Positions 9,268 through 19,690 are shown, counted from the stretch's first letter. The stretch: DNA of 64,000 bases from an uncultured Methanosarcinales archaeon (GCA_964344235.1 CAYFMJ010000001.1:128001-192000); one strand, 5' to 3'. Translations and numbers: made by a program. The notes: generated from the letters alone by a model not told the origin.

Positions 9268-10196
9268 TGTGCTAATTGTTGTTGTAATGTACAAGCGTTG
9301 CAAGTTTCCCTGTTTGCAGGTTCGTTACATTGTTGACATTTCCCAATTGCTTGGCCTTTCTCGGTTTCTTTTAGATGTGGTGTTAATGCTAAGAACGAAT
9401 GAATGATACCTTGTTTCGTACCTTTGTATTTTTGCTCGAGGTTGTTAAGAAGTTCCTGCACATCGTGGCGGAAACCTTGTCGGGAATAAGGGCATTCGGT
9501 GTAGAGGATTTTCCAGCCTTTCAATAGAGTGTATAGGCGAACTTCCTTTTCAGAACACATGTATAGTGGTTTGACTCTTTGCACAAAATCGTTTTGTTCG
9601 TTGATGCCAGATTTTGGGCCAATTCTGCCGGCTAATTTGGTGTTGGCTTTGAACATGTTCATTAAGATAACTTGCGCTTCGTCATCGAGGTTATGGCCAG
9701 TAATGATTTTTGTTGCGCCTAATTTTCGAGAATATTTATTGAGAATATATCGCCTCCATACTCCGCAAATATTACATGGTTTCTTTTTTGTACCTTTGTT
9801 AATAATTGGGAATGCGTTGTCTAATGTAGAGCCGAATTCTTCTTTGTTTGAGATTATGTGTAACTCGGTGTTGTGGTCGTTGCAGAAAGCTTTGAGATCT
9901 TCAAGTGTTTTTTCTCTGTACTCTGCAATTCCTTCATCAACTGCTAGTGCGAATACCAGGGTTGTTTTTGGGTAGTTATATTTTGCAAGGTATTTCTTTG
10001 TGAGGTACAGAACGGTAAGAGAATCTTTGCCGCCAGAGGTTGCGATACAGATTTTTTTGTCATTTCTGTCAATAAGATGGAATTTGTTGAAGGTTTTGAA
10101 GACTTTCTCTTCGAAATAGGTGATGAAATGATTTTTACACAAAGGTCCATGCTGTTGTTCAATGACAGCTTTTAAGTTACATTTACTGCATTGCAT
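9264..10196 (-). CDS. ncsA: tRNA 2-thiolation protein NcsA/TtuA (TIGR00269-like)
   Basis: N-terminal CxxC...CxxH, PP-loop SGGKDS, central CNIC, GHNLDD, C-terminal CxxC...CxxC. Confidence 0.92.
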   Translation of the reverse strand: MQCSKCNLKAVIEQQHGPLCKNHFITYFEEKVFKTFNKFHLIDRNDKKICIATSGGKDSLTVLYLTKKYLAKYNYPKTTLVFALAVDEGIAEYREKTLEDLKAFCNDHNTELHIISNKEEFGSTLDNAFPIINKGTKKKPCNICGVWRRYILNKYSRKLGATKIITGHNLDDEAQVILMNMFKANTKLAGRIGPKSGINEQNDFVQRVKPLYMCSEKEVRLYTLLKGWKILYTECPYSRQGFRHDVQELLNNLEQKYKGTKQGIIHSFLALTPHLKETEKGQAIGKCQQCNEPANRETCNACTLQQQLAQ

Positions 10197-10399
10197 TAAC
10201 CGCCGGAAATGACACTGAGAATTTCAATAGTATCTTGATCATGTAATTGATCATCAGATGTTAGAACTTCGTTGTTTTTTGTTATGAGAACAGTTTCTTC
10301 GTTTATGTTTAGTTGTTGTAGAAGTTCAGCTACTGTCGTTTTGTCAAAGCTGATGTGGTTTGTTGTTTGTTCTCGTTCGTCTACTATTGTTAGGTGCAT
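10196..10399 (-). CDS. SAMP/ThiS/MoaD-like ubiquitin-fold sulfur carrier
   Basis: 67 aa beta-grasp-like sequence ending ISGG; first gene of the operon with ncsA and the E1 gene; GGAGG upstream. Confidence 0.9.
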   Translation of the reverse strand: MHLTIVDEREQTTNHISFDKTTVAELLQQLNINEETVLITKNNEVLTSDDQLHDQDTIEILSVISGG

Positions 10400-10491
10400 T
10401 CTTTCCTCCCCTGAGTCCGCTAATCGGGCCGAGGTTTGTAAGGGTTAATTTAGGGGTGGTTTTTTAAATATCTTCTGTATAATATAGGTTT

Positions 10492-10974
10492 ATGGAGAAT
10501 ATTGTGTTGAAGGAAGGTCTTGGGGGAGATTTTGGTAGTTCTAAGCTCGTTTCTTTGATTGAAGGCAAAACGAAAAAAGAATTACTGTCTAATTTGAAAA
10601 TAAATAAAGGAAAAACAACAGTTTATAGGGCTTTGAGTGAGGAGATGTTACGGTTTGCTTTGGAAAGAACTGATGTTGATATTGTGTTGGGAATGGAGGG
10701 TATTCATTACAAAGATCACACACATTACCCTCGTGGCGGTTTGGATCAGATTACAAGTAAAATTGCTGCTGCGAAAGGTAAGACTATTGGGTTTTCGTTT
10801 GCGGATATTTTGCGTTCGAAAGATAGAGGAAGATTATTGGGTAGAATGATGTTGAATATTCGGTTGTGTAAGAAGTATAATGTCAAAATGGTGTTTAGTT
10901 CATTTGCCTCTTCAAAATCGGAGATGCGAAGTACAAAAGATTTGGAAGCATTTTGGCGCATTCTTTCTCGGTAG
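10492..10974 (+). CDS. rnp3: RNase P protein subunit Rpp30 (short form)
   Basis: KDHTHYPRGGLDQI, KTIGFSF...RLLGRMMLNIRLCKKYNVKMVFSSFA...EMRS pattern of archaeal Rpp30. Confidence 0.85.
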   Translation: MENIVLKEGLGGDFGSSKLVSLIEGKTKKELLSNLKINKGKTTVYRALSEEMLRFALERTDVDIVLGMEGIHYKDHTHYPRGGLDQITSKIAAAKGKTIGFSFADILRSKDRGRLLGRMMLNIRLCKKYNVKMVFSSFASSKSEMRSTKDLEAFWRILSR

Positions 10975-10985
10975 CGTTAATAACA

Positions 10986-10993
10986 TTTATAAA
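10986..10993 (+). promoter_or_regulatory. TATA box of giant surface protein gene (probably leaderless)
   Basis: AACA-TTTATAAA-C, 28 nt upstream of ATG 11022; same ACATTTATAAAC string at 19680-19691. Confidence 0.6.
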
Positions 10994-11021
10994 CAATGGT
11001 TGTTTGTTTTTGAGTATACTT

Positions 11022-14000
11022 ATGGTGGAGAAAAAAAGAGGTTTAGTTTTAGTAGTCTTTGTTGCTTTTCTAGTAGTGATGAGCGTGGGTGTTTTAGGTG
11101 TTCCTGACAAGAATACAGATGCTTTTCCAACCATTGGACACCGGGCCGATTTAGGTTATGAATATGATCAGGGTTGTGGTTCTTATGATGTTGACGATTG
11201 CCCGCAAGGTGACACTTACAAGCTAGATGAAGATCACAGTACCTGTTCTGCATCAGGAAGCGATTTGTCTCCTTTATTCGATGCCTGTAAAATTTTTTTT
11301 GTCGATAAAGATGAGGGAAATGATGATGGGGGGTTTGGGCTAGCAGATGAGGGTTATATTCTAGACTCAGTTGGCTACGAAAAACTTGGCCTTCACAGCT
11401 ATGAGAAAGTCTGTGGGCAAGAAGGAGACCATGATAATGATGGGGTTGAGGGGCTAAAAGGAGCGAAGTTTAAAGCAGCTGATAATACTGCATATATTTG
11501 TGGAAATAACCTGGGAGAACCAAATAAATGGTATAAATGTACTTCAGAGACGCTTGACACTGTAACATGGGCAAACGGTGACTTATATAATTGTACTTTC
11601 AGTGCTAGTACTGGCTTTCCAACTTGGAAAAACGAAGGAGGGGATACGGACTTTGATACTTTTGCTCAAGAGGTAGATTGTAAAGATAACCCCCCGAGTG
11701 GATCCTGTTTAAACCTGGCACCAGAAGATTGTGCAAGCTCTCCTGAAAATTATGAATGCCCACAGTGTATTAACCCTGATGCGCCTGAGGTATGTGGAGA
11801 TGGCAAAAACAATGATTGCAATGAAGCGACTTCTGATAACTGTCATGATAATCAGGCAGCATGTGAGGCACTTGACACGGCAGTTGGTTGGAATATTCAT
11901 GATGAGAAATATGCTTGGCAACAAACGGGAAGCGAGGGAGCCGGTTTCTGTTGTGGATTCAGTGGAAGTGGTGATGGTAATGTAGGGGAGGTGTCGGAGA
12001 GTATTGGTGGCACTAACAAGCTATGTGTGAATAAAGAATATACCACAACAAACGGAGAGATTTCATCAAGTGAGACCGAAGGAGTTGAGTGTAGTGGATC
12101 TGGGTGGTGTTTAGTGAGCGCAGTTGTTGGGTCTAAGTTTCAGATATACACTATTGCAGAACCGGAAAAAGAACCTTATGATGTTGTTTCCAATGGAGAT
12201 AATTGGTATGAATGTAGTAGCAGCTACCATGAACCTCTGCTACCGGAAGATACAGGTGTAAGGACAAAGGCTAATGCGTTTTACTGCTTCGATGAGGGAA
12301 ATCATTGGAGTTGGGCTGAATGTCCTTTAGGGGAAGAGGGTGAAGTTGAAAGCGAGAATAGCGGTACGACTAAAATTAGGCACAAAGGAGATGGATTATA
12401 TCAGCTGTTTCCAACAAATGATAAAAACCAGTTTGGAGTTTTGGTAGATGCAAAGGATCCAATTTACACAAGTTTGTATAGTGAGGATTTCTTGTTAGAT
12501 TTTAGCGGATATAACCAATTGAATTTTATGATTCAGTTTCTGAGTGAAGTAACCCTGCCAGCTGATGTTAAGGTGCAAATTTATGGTTCTGATGATGAGC
12601 TGAAATGGCAAGGGAATGTTCTTGGCTTTAGTACTAATAATCCTGTGCTAGTTGCAGATACGTTCTTTCATGTGCAAGTTCCCATTGCTCCGTTTAAAGA
12701 TGTTGAGAAAGTTCTGATAGAGAGTATTGGCGACTTCAATCATATTGAGGTGAAGAATATTTATATGAGTGTCCAGGGAGAGCAACCCTACTTGTGTTCG
12801 GCAAAGCAATCAAACCAACCACAACAACCAGCATGGTTGACGAATGCAGATGACATTATTGAAAATACATTGATTACTGGAGAAAATATTTGTAATGAGT
12901 TGTATGGTGGCTGGTTAGGAGATGAAGTAGATGATGTCGAAAGAAGGTGTTGTGGTGATGATGTGGGGGAATATTATGCTGGCCCAGGAAAGAACGGTTG
13001 TTGGAATTCTGAAGTTGTTGTAGGTGGGGGAACAATGATGAATGCTCAAGTTGAGGTTACGTCACAATATTCAACAGTTGGAGAGGTTGAGGGTGTAGCA
13101 GTGAGAACTGTTACATTTGAGTGGGACTATGCAACGCCTTCAGAGGATCCGGTGACTCTTACGGATGCTGAGTGTAAGCAATATACAAAAGAGCACAATT
13201 GTCCTATTGGCTGTAAGTGGGTAGCTGATTACGGGGTTGGATGTATTGCATTAAATGCAGATGCGATTATTGCTGCACCAACTTCAGGCGTTAATACGCA
13301 AGAAGCTTCAATTGAGATTGAGTATGATGGCTCTACTGTTTCGCCGAAGTCTATCACACTGAAAGAATTGGGGTTTGAGGTTGAGGGTGTTGAATCAGGA
13401 GAGTTATCTATAAACACGGGAATCGAACTCTTCATTGCTGGCTCTTTTCAAGATCACGGTGATGAATTCGAGTTTTTCTCTGAGAGCGATTATATTTTAG
13501 GAAATAATCAGTTTGAAGTTGGCGATTTTAAAGATATTAGCTTTTCCTTTGTTCATGATGATAACTACTATGAAAATAATAAAGAAACGGTGAAGAAGCT
13601 TGTTGTTGGTACTCAACCAGAGGAAATGATGAAAACGTATTCGTGCTCTCAAGCGGCGTGTACGTTCCCAATTCCGGGGTTTCCACCGTATACTATCAGT
13701 AACCCGTTCCCTGATTTATATGAGATATATTTTGTTGATGGACCAGGAATTGATGATAGACATCCAATTGATAAGAATGGAAAGACGTTTGATCAGGTAG
13801 GGAATGTTGAAGTCACAAAGGTTGCACAGCAAGTTGTGCTTGTTAATAGTGATACAGAGCATCAATTTTATGGTTGTGCGCCTTCGCAAACGTTAATTAA
13901 CAGTATTCCTACAGAAGATCAAGATAGTTTCACTGCATTAAGCCATTGCGCGGTGAAAGCAGATAGGTTTTGTTCATTTAGTTACACGGAGGATGGCGTG

Positions 14001-15872
14001 ACAACAATTAATTCGTGGAGTGACGATGCTTTAGAACATGTTGGGTATGAAGCGTTAGAAGATGATCCGAAGGAGTTGGAGGGTTTGCATAATTTACAAT
14101 TGAAAACACTGCCTACTAACGAACAAGAGATAATTCCACCTACGGATAGAAATTGGTCGACAACTGCTTTCCCAGGACAGAATATTTTACCAAATGCGTT
14201 GTTTGAAATTGATAGTCAAGGAAGTGTGAAAAGAATTGCCCATTGGGTTGTTATTGATAGTGAAGGGTTAGAAGTTTCGAATGTTAATGCGAAACATATC
14301 CCTTTTGATGATCCAGAGAGGGTAGAGTTGGGAGGTGGAGAGATTCTAAGATCTTCTAGGATAGCACTGCCGCAAGGTGTTGATGAAACAATGGCGTTAT
14401 CGCATGAGGGAGAAGGGGTGAAAGAGAGTGTTATTTTAGTTGATGGTGAAGGGGATATTGATATTGTAAATGATGGAGAGTTCTCTACAGACGGTGCAGG
14501 GTATGTGGTAATTGAATTTACAGGACCTGGAAGTGTGGCACAACCGATCTTACAATTTGTCGATGAAGATTTTGAACCTGTTGCATTCCATTATGATGGG
14601 GAAAAACAAAAAGTGCAAGAAAATTTTCAGGAACGTGCAGGAGTAGCATGTTGCCCACAGGATTGGTGCTGGAATGGGTATACATGTGCAGAGCCGATGA
14701 GTGAAAATACCTTCGCAGCAGAGTTACTGCCAGATAATAGAACGTATAGGTGTGTAGGGGGAGAGTGGACAGAGCTGCCTGTAAAGAGAGATTGGAACGT
14801 GGCAGGATTTGGGTTTTGCGAACAAAAGGATCAGTGTTTCGTGACAAGTTCGTTAATGGGTGGCGATAATACTGCTGAGGCGATTGACTTTTACAATGGG
14901 AATTATCCAACCTGTGTTGACGATGGAGAGTTTATTTTCGACCATTACTGTGATGCCGGTAATTGGACTTCACGAACGAAGTTTATTGCATCGGAGTTAT
15001 TAGATGCGATTGGTGAGACAGATGAATATGCACTGTATTGTGATTCGTTTGAGAAAGTTCTTCCACAATTAGATGGGCATGATTTATTGTTTAGTGGGGA
15101 GTTGGTAGCGGATGCAGAAGTGGTTGGTTCAATTAGTGACCAGTTAGGGGGAGTGGAACCAGAACAGACGTTTATACAGGTGTGCTTTGAGAATGTGAAT
15201 AATAATGAACGAGGTAGAGAGTTAGTACCAACAGACCAGAATAAATGTGTGAATAATGTCTGTGTGTTGCAGTATAAACAGGGTGGAAAGAATAAAGTAG
15301 CGTTTGCAGCGTCTTTGAATCCGGCAGAGAACTCTTTCTTGACAGCGTTTGATATTCCAGCAGGAGAGGTAGCAACGTTATGTGGTGGTGAAGGGTTTAA
15401 TGATTGTAATGTTGACCTAGCAGGGGACTTTTGGTATTCAGAAGAGTTAGATGCGTTTGTGTATGGGAAAGATGGAATAGATTTAGATACAGGGTTCTTT
15501 GGAGGAATTCTGGATTTCTTTAGTGGTTTATTTGGTAATGGTATTGCGGAAGAGAATACGGATTTTATTGCACAAGCGGAGAATTATCGAGATGTATATG
15601 TGTTGCAGCATGAGAATAAATTGGTTCGAGCGATTAAAGAGCAGCAAGGTCAGAAAGAGATTCTAGTAGCGGAGTTTGAAGGGTTTCAATCGCCAGTGTG
15701 TGAGTACGTGGAGAATGTTGGGTTGCCTGAGAAGCCAGCGTTTGAAGGGGCAACGAGCGTGGATTTGGTGTGTAGTAGTGAGGAAGGCGTGCAGAAGTTT
15801 GAATTAGTTGATGATACGGATGTGTTCTGGGATCGGTTTGCGGGAAGGTTGAGGCCGCAAGAGAGTAGTTAG
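11022..15872 (+). CDS. Giant secreted acidic Cys-rich protein (about 1616 aa), unknown function
   Basis: Start moved to ATG 11022 (MVEKKRG + hydrophobic stretch). Many Cys including CC pairs. Motif CINPDAPEVCGDGKNNDCN resembles the PF11617 putative metal-binding repeat. No C-terminal TM anchor seen. Confidence 0.85.
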   Translation: MVEKKRGLVLVVFVAFLVVMSVGVLGVPDKNTDAFPTIGHRADLGYEYDQGCGSYDVDDCPQGDTYKLDEDHSTCSASGSDLSPLFDACKIFFVDKDEGNDDGGFGLADEGYILDSVGYEKLGLHSYEKVCGQEGDHDNDGVEGLKGAKFKAADNTAYICGNNLGEPNKWYKCTSETLDTVTWANGDLYNCTFSASTGFPTWKNEGGDTDFDTFAQEVDCKDNPPSGSCLNLAPEDCASSPENYECPQCINPDAPEVCGDGKNNDCNEATSDNCHDNQAACEALDTAVGWNIHDEKYAWQQTGSEGAGFCCGFSGSGDGNVGEVSESIGGTNKLCVNKEYTTTNGEISSSETEGVECSGSGWCLVSAVVGSKFQIYTIAEPEKEPYDVVSNGDNWYECSSSYHEPLLPEDTGVRTKANAFYCFDEGNHWSWAECPLGEEGEVESENSGTTKIRHKGDGLYQLFPTNDKNQFGVLVDAKDPIYTSLYSEDFLLDFSGYNQLNFMIQFLSEVTLPADVKVQIYGSDDELKWQGNVLGFSTNNPVLVADTFFHVQVPIAPFKDVEKVLIESIGDFNHIEVKNIYMSVQGEQPYLCSAKQSNQPQQPAWLTNADDIIENTLITGENICNELYGGWLGDEVDDVERRCCGDDVGEYYAGPGKNGCWNSEVVVGGGTMMNAQVEVTSQYSTVGEVEGVAVRTVTFEWDYATPSEDPVTLTDAECKQYTKEHNCPIGCKWVADYGVGCIALNADAIIAAPTSGVNTQEASIEIEYDGSTVSPKSITLKELGFEVEGVESGELSINTGIELFIAGSFQDHGDEFEFFSESDYILGNNQFEVGDFKDISFSFVHDDNYYENNKETVKKLVVGTQPEEMMKTYSCSQAACTFPIPGFPPYTISNPFPDLYEIYFVDGPGIDDRHPIDKNGKTFDQVGNVEVTKVAQQVVLVNSDTEHQFYGCAPSQTLINSIPTEDQDSFTALSHCAVKADRFCSFSYTEDGVTTINSWSDDALEHVGYEALEDDPKELEGLHNLQLKTLPTNEQEIIPPTDRNWSTTAFPGQNILPNALFEIDSQGSVKRIAHWVVIDSEGLEVSNVNAKHIPFDDPERVELGGGEILRSSRIALPQGVDETMALSHEGEGVKESVILVDGEGDIDIVNDGEFSTDGAGYVVIEFTGPGSVAQPILQFVDEDFEPVAFHYDGEKQKVQENFQERAGVACCPQDWCWNGYTCAEPMSENTFAAELLPDNRTYRCVGGEWTELPVKRDWNVAGFGFCEQKDQCFVTSSLMGGDNTAEAIDFYNGNYPTCVDDGEFIFDHYCDAGNWTSRTKFIASELLDAIGETDEYALYCDSFEKVLPQLDGHDLLFSGELVADAEVVGSISDQLGGVEPEQTFIQVCFENVNNNERGRELVPTDQNKCVNNVCVLQYKQGGKNKVAFAASLNPAENSFLTAFDIPAGEVATLCGGEGFNDCNVDLAGDFWYSEELDAFVYGKDGIDLDTGFFGGILDFFSGLFGNGIAEENTDFIAQAENYRDVYVLQHENKLVRAIKEQQGQKEILVAEFEGFQSPVCEYVENVGLPEKPAFEGATSVDLVCSSEEGVQKFELVDDTDVFWDRFAGRLRPQESS

Positions 15873-15873
15873 A

Positions 15874-15964
15874 ATATGTCCCGCTTGCACGGCACGATTA
15901 CGGTGACTTCTTGAATCTTTTTTATCTACGCCACCGTGTGCCTCCATTGGCAAAGCGGACATAT
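15874..15964 (-). repeat. Structured intergenic element, copy 1 (91 bp, terminal inverted repeat)
   Basis: Ends ATATGTC(C)CGCTT / AAGCGGACATAT; nested stems; about 80-85% identical by eye to 28471-28617. Confidence 0.85.
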
Positions 15965-16015
15965 CCTATCACGAAAGTAATTAATTTTATAAGATAGAAG
16001 TGATTAGGTGTTTCT

Positions 16016-18583
16016 ATGAAAAGAGGGCAGATAACTGTGTTTATTATAGTTGGTATTATTGTGTTATTTGTCTTTCTGTTGCTGATTCAGTTAAGTAGTT
16101 CATTTGAAAAAGAACAGTTGGAACAGCAGCAAGAGGGGATTCTTACCAAAGCATTCTATAAAGAGGGGTTACGGTTGTTTGTAGAGGATTGCTTAGAAGA
16201 TGAATTATCAAACGGTTTAGTGTTATTGGGCAAGCAAGGAAGATTATGGGATGAAGGTGGTGGAGTATTGGGGTTTGAGAATGGCGTAACAGGTGTGCAA
16301 TTCGGTGAAGATCAAGTGTTTTATGGAATTACACGAGAAGATCATGAGTTACCTGAAGCATATCCTTGTGATGAACATACAGGGGAGGAGCCAGCGTTTT
16401 GTCAATATGGTTATCCCAATATCTCGGTAGGCTTTGGAGAGAAGTCGTTATTTACAACAGAACATTTACAGGAAGATTTAACACGTTATGTTTCCATTAA
16501 GACTGTTGAGTGTGTTGATTCTTTTGTGAAAGAAAATGTTTCGCAAAGCGCAGTATTGGTGACGGAGAAACCAGAGGTAAGCGTTACATTATTGCCACAG
16601 GGAATTCCTGTTCAGGTTGATTATCCAATTCGCTTTTCGGTTGGAGGGGAGGAGTTTTTTTCATTAGCATCGTTTGATTTCTTTTACCCTTCAGAGTTTG
16701 GTAGATTTGTGCAGAAAGCAGCAGTGTTTCCGATGAAGTGGGATCAGCTGTTTGTCGATTTTGATTACAGTGAAGAAGTGTTTATTGATGAGAAATTTAC
16801 GTACGGGTCTGTAAAGGAGATAGGGGAATGTGAGGGGGTAGTGGGTGAGTACTTCTGCGAAAGAGCATTGTCGCCATATACTGGAGGAATTCCTGTGCAA
16901 ATGAAGAAAGATGAGGTTGCGGGTGATACCGTGTTTACGTTTTCGTATCCGTGGAGTAGCGTGATTGCGTCTTCTGTTGATGTTATTGATGTACCACAAG
17001 ATAGCATGTATCGCTTTAGAATTGCACGGCAAAACAGGCCGCCAGCATTGGAGTATGAAGAGAGGTTAAGTTGTATTAGTGAAGAGTATGATTATTTAGT
17101 AATTAAAGGAAGTCAGAATTATGATGAAGTAGAGATTAGTTTAGATGCAATGGACCCAGATGAAGATGAAGAGTTAGTGTATAGTTTTGAATCTTCATTG
17201 AGTGGTGTTGTGGAAGGAAATACGTTTACTGTTTCTGGCGAGGCTTTGCCCGATGAAACAGGAGTGTATGATGTTGTAGGAAGTGTTGAGGACGAACATG
17301 GTTTGGTGGATTCGCAGAGAATTAGAGTGTTGGTGGATAGAGATGTGGGGGCAGAGTTGTCACTACACATGCCGTATGATTTAGGAGAAAGAGGCTTGTA
17401 TGAAGAGATTTATAGTCCTGAAAATGGATATATTGTGTCGGTGGAAGATCCGATATTTTTTGACGTGCAAATGCCGTTGAAGAGTGCAGGAGCGACGTTT
17501 GAAGAGACGACATTGACGTACACAGGGGATGAAGAATTTGTATTTACGCTGTCTGAGTTAAGTGACTTTGGTGGAGGTGGGTGTTTCAGTTTTCCTGGGT
17601 TTTTGCTTGGAAAATGTGGTGATGAGGAAGGTTTAGGATTTTATGGCGAGTATGTTGTAAGTGATGCTGGCACGGTTGATGATACTTCAAAAATATGGAA
17701 TTGGAAAACGTGGTTGAATGACCCTAGCAATGTGAAACCGAAAACAATGCCAACAAACTTCTTTAAAGAGGTTAAGGGGGGGGAAGATTTAATCTTAGAT
17801 GTTGATGTGAGTTATTGTAGTGAAGAGTTGGATATCCCTGAAATAACGATTCCCCTGAATGTGGTTGAATGTTTACCACATAAGAATGCAGATCATCCAT
17901 TTCCGTACCCATACCATACTGTTAAAGTTGATCCAGAAACGGGTGAGAGAAGTGAAGAGGAGATTAATCCATTTTTAGCAGAGCATGCCTGTTGTGGGAA
18001 TTTCGAGTATAAGAAACCAGAGGAAGTTTGTTATGAAAGTCTGCCAGAGCAAGGCTGTTTTGGTTTAGCATCTGATGATTTGGTATTATTATCGGATGGA
18101 AATACTGATTTAGAAGATCTTGCAGGGTATATTGTGGAAGAGAGAGTAGAGAAAGCATATTGTACCGGAGACCGAGGGAATGTATGTGGTGAAGGAAACT
18201 TTGAGAGTGTTATTGTCGATGGGGGAAAATGTGGAAATAGAGAAGCGTATGGGGGCACGTGTAATAAGGTGCATGGTTATTGTGAGGACCTGGACCCGTG
18301 GAGTATTAATGAGGAGGAGAAAGCATGGTGTAATGGGCCAGTTGGTTGTGGGACAACAACGAGTGTTTGTACAACGTCTATTGTGTATACTGGCTCTGTG
18401 CCAAATGTTTTTGCGGGTGGCAACGTTGAAAATACTATTCAAGCAAATAATCAAGATTTTCAATGTGGTGGATGCACGTTTGAAGGCCAACAATGTTTCT
18501 TGTTGTTCAGTGGAGTGCCTGCAACGTGTAATAAACTTGGAGCGGGCGTGTTTGAATGTGGTGGCGGAGGTAAAGGGGGATGA
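16016..18583 (+). CDS. Large class III signal-peptide (pilin-like N-terminus) protein, 855 aa, Cys-rich C-terminal part
   Basis: MKRG|QITVFIIVGIIVLFVFLLLI; acidic extracellular body; Ig-like segment (NRPPALE...LDAMDPDEDEELVYSF). Confidence 0.8.
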   Translation: MKRGQITVFIIVGIIVLFVFLLLIQLSSSFEKEQLEQQQEGILTKAFYKEGLRLFVEDCLEDELSNGLVLLGKQGRLWDEGGGVLGFENGVTGVQFGEDQVFYGITREDHELPEAYPCDEHTGEEPAFCQYGYPNISVGFGEKSLFTTEHLQEDLTRYVSIKTVECVDSFVKENVSQSAVLVTEKPEVSVTLLPQGIPVQVDYPIRFSVGGEEFFSLASFDFFYPSEFGRFVQKAAVFPMKWDQLFVDFDYSEEVFIDEKFTYGSVKEIGECEGVVGEYFCERALSPYTGGIPVQMKKDEVAGDTVFTFSYPWSSVIASSVDVIDVPQDSMYRFRIARQNRPPALEYEERLSCISEEYDYLVIKGSQNYDEVEISLDAMDPDEDEELVYSFESSLSGVVEGNTFTVSGEALPDETGVYDVVGSVEDEHGLVDSQRIRVLVDRDVGAELSLHMPYDLGERGLYEEIYSPENGYIVSVEDPIFFDVQMPLKSAGATFEETTLTYTGDEEFVFTLSELSDFGGGGCFSFPGFLLGKCGDEEGLGFYGEYVVSDAGTVDDTSKIWNWKTWLNDPSNVKPKTMPTNFFKEVKGGEDLILDVDVSYCSEELDIPEITIPLNVVECLPHKNADHPFPYPYHTVKVDPETGERSEEEINPFLAEHACCGNFEYKKPEEVCYESLPEQGCFGLASDDLVLLSDGNTDLEDLAGYIVEERVEKAYCTGDRGNVCGEGNFESVIVDGGKCGNREAYGGTCNKVHGYCEDLDPWSINEEEKAWCNGPVGCGTTTSVCTTSIVYTGSVPNVFAGGNVENTIQANNQDFQCGGCTFEGQQCFLLFSGVPATCNKLGAGVFECGGGGKGG

Positions 18584-19650
18584 GAGCAGCCCTTATTCTC
18601 TTTTTGGTTTTTCTTTTCGTTCCTTTTGTGCTAGCAGATTCGGGGTGTTTTGTGTTTCAGGATAGTGCACTGTATTGTGTTGAAGTTTCAGAGGAAGAAG
18701 CGGAGCAGGAATGTGGCTTCTTTGATAATTGTGATATTGTGGAGGTATTTTTAGAAGGAAGTAGTTGTGATAAGCATAGTGTGCCGGAATGTGAAACAGT
18801 GCTGTGTAAAAGTACTTGTTCGGAAGAGTTTTTAGGCACGTGTCTGGGTGGGAGAGTTCCAATCGGAGAAGAAGGGCAGTGGTGTTCACCTGGTTGTTGT
18901 TCTTTCGAGGATAATTGTGGGTTTGAGCAGAGTGGGTGGTTATGTAATGTGAACGCACAGAATAAGGGTGTTACTGAGTTTTCCTATAGTACTTTGTTGG
19001 GGGAAGCAGGTTGTCAATCGTTATGCCAACAGGATGATGTGACGAAGAATAGTTTATTGGGGCCAGTGAAGTTTAAAACGGAATCAATTAAGCCACTTGT
19101 TCCGCCGCCTGTAGCGGTTGCTGTGGGTGAAGGAAGTAGTGATGCTGGGGAGGATATTAATACTGGTTCTTCGTTGCTTGGTTCAGTGCTGTTTTGGGTT
19201 TTGCTATTGTTGATTGGGTTGTTTGTAGCGTATTATTTTCACTCAAAGCGGTTTGTGAATTGGAAAGATCTCTTTGATTGGATTTTAGGGAAGGGGCAGG
19301 AAGAGCGAGAGGTTGTTGTGAAGGAAAAGGGTAAAGATGTGCCTGTGCGGGTTTCCGTACCGGAACATTCAGAGCGTGTTAAACGATTGCATGCGAAAAG
19401 AAAACATAAAGTTCACAAGCAGGAACGGGAAGAGTTTTTAGCAGAACATGGGCTAAGTGTTGGAGATGAATCCGTACAAAAATTACAACGATTTGTAGAG
19501 AAACATGTTGCTAGTAGGCCATTATTTCATAATTTGGATCATTTAGTTGAAAAACGGCAGGAACATCTCGCAAAAACTGTGAAAAAGCCGGTGCGTAAGG
19601 CAAGGAAAAAAGATATTTTTGAAGAGTTGCGGAAGATGGCAAGAAAATAG
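18580..19650 (+). CDS. Membrane-anchored Cys-rich surface protein, short paralog of the 2061-aa protein
   Basis: Signal peptide ending VLA|DS, Cys-rich domain with CSPGCC, TM helix (VLFWVLLLLIGLFVAYYF), basic cytoplasmic tail. Confidence 0.8.
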   Translation: MRAALILFLVFLFVPFVLADSGCFVFQDSALYCVEVSEEEAEQECGFFDNCDIVEVFLEGSSCDKHSVPECETVLCKSTCSEEFLGTCLGGRVPIGEEGQWCSPGCCSFEDNCGFEQSGWLCNVNAQNKGVTEFSYSTLLGEAGCQSLCQQDDVTKNSLLGPVKFKTESIKPLVPPPVAVAVGEGSSDAGEDINTGSSLLGSVLFWVLLLLIGLFVAYYFHSKRFVNWKDLFDWILGKGQEEREVVVKEKGKDVPVRVSVPEHSERVKRLHAKRKHKVHKQEREEFLAEHGLSVGDESVQKLQRFVEKHVASRPLFHNLDHLVEKRQEHLAKTVKKPVRKARKKDIFEELRKMARK

Positions 19651-19682
19651 TGCGTTTCTTCCACGGTAGGCAGCTACAAACA

Positions 19683-19690
19683 TTTATAAA
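19683..19690 (+). promoter_or_regulatory. TATA box of 2061-aa surface protein gene
   Basis: AAACA-TTTATAAA-C, 27 nt upstream of ATG 19718. Confidence 0.6.

Noticed and set aside
10400-10460. Possible riboswitch-like leader upstream of the SAMP gene
   Set aside because: Only a 3-4 bp GC stem plus an SD was found; not distinguishable from chance.
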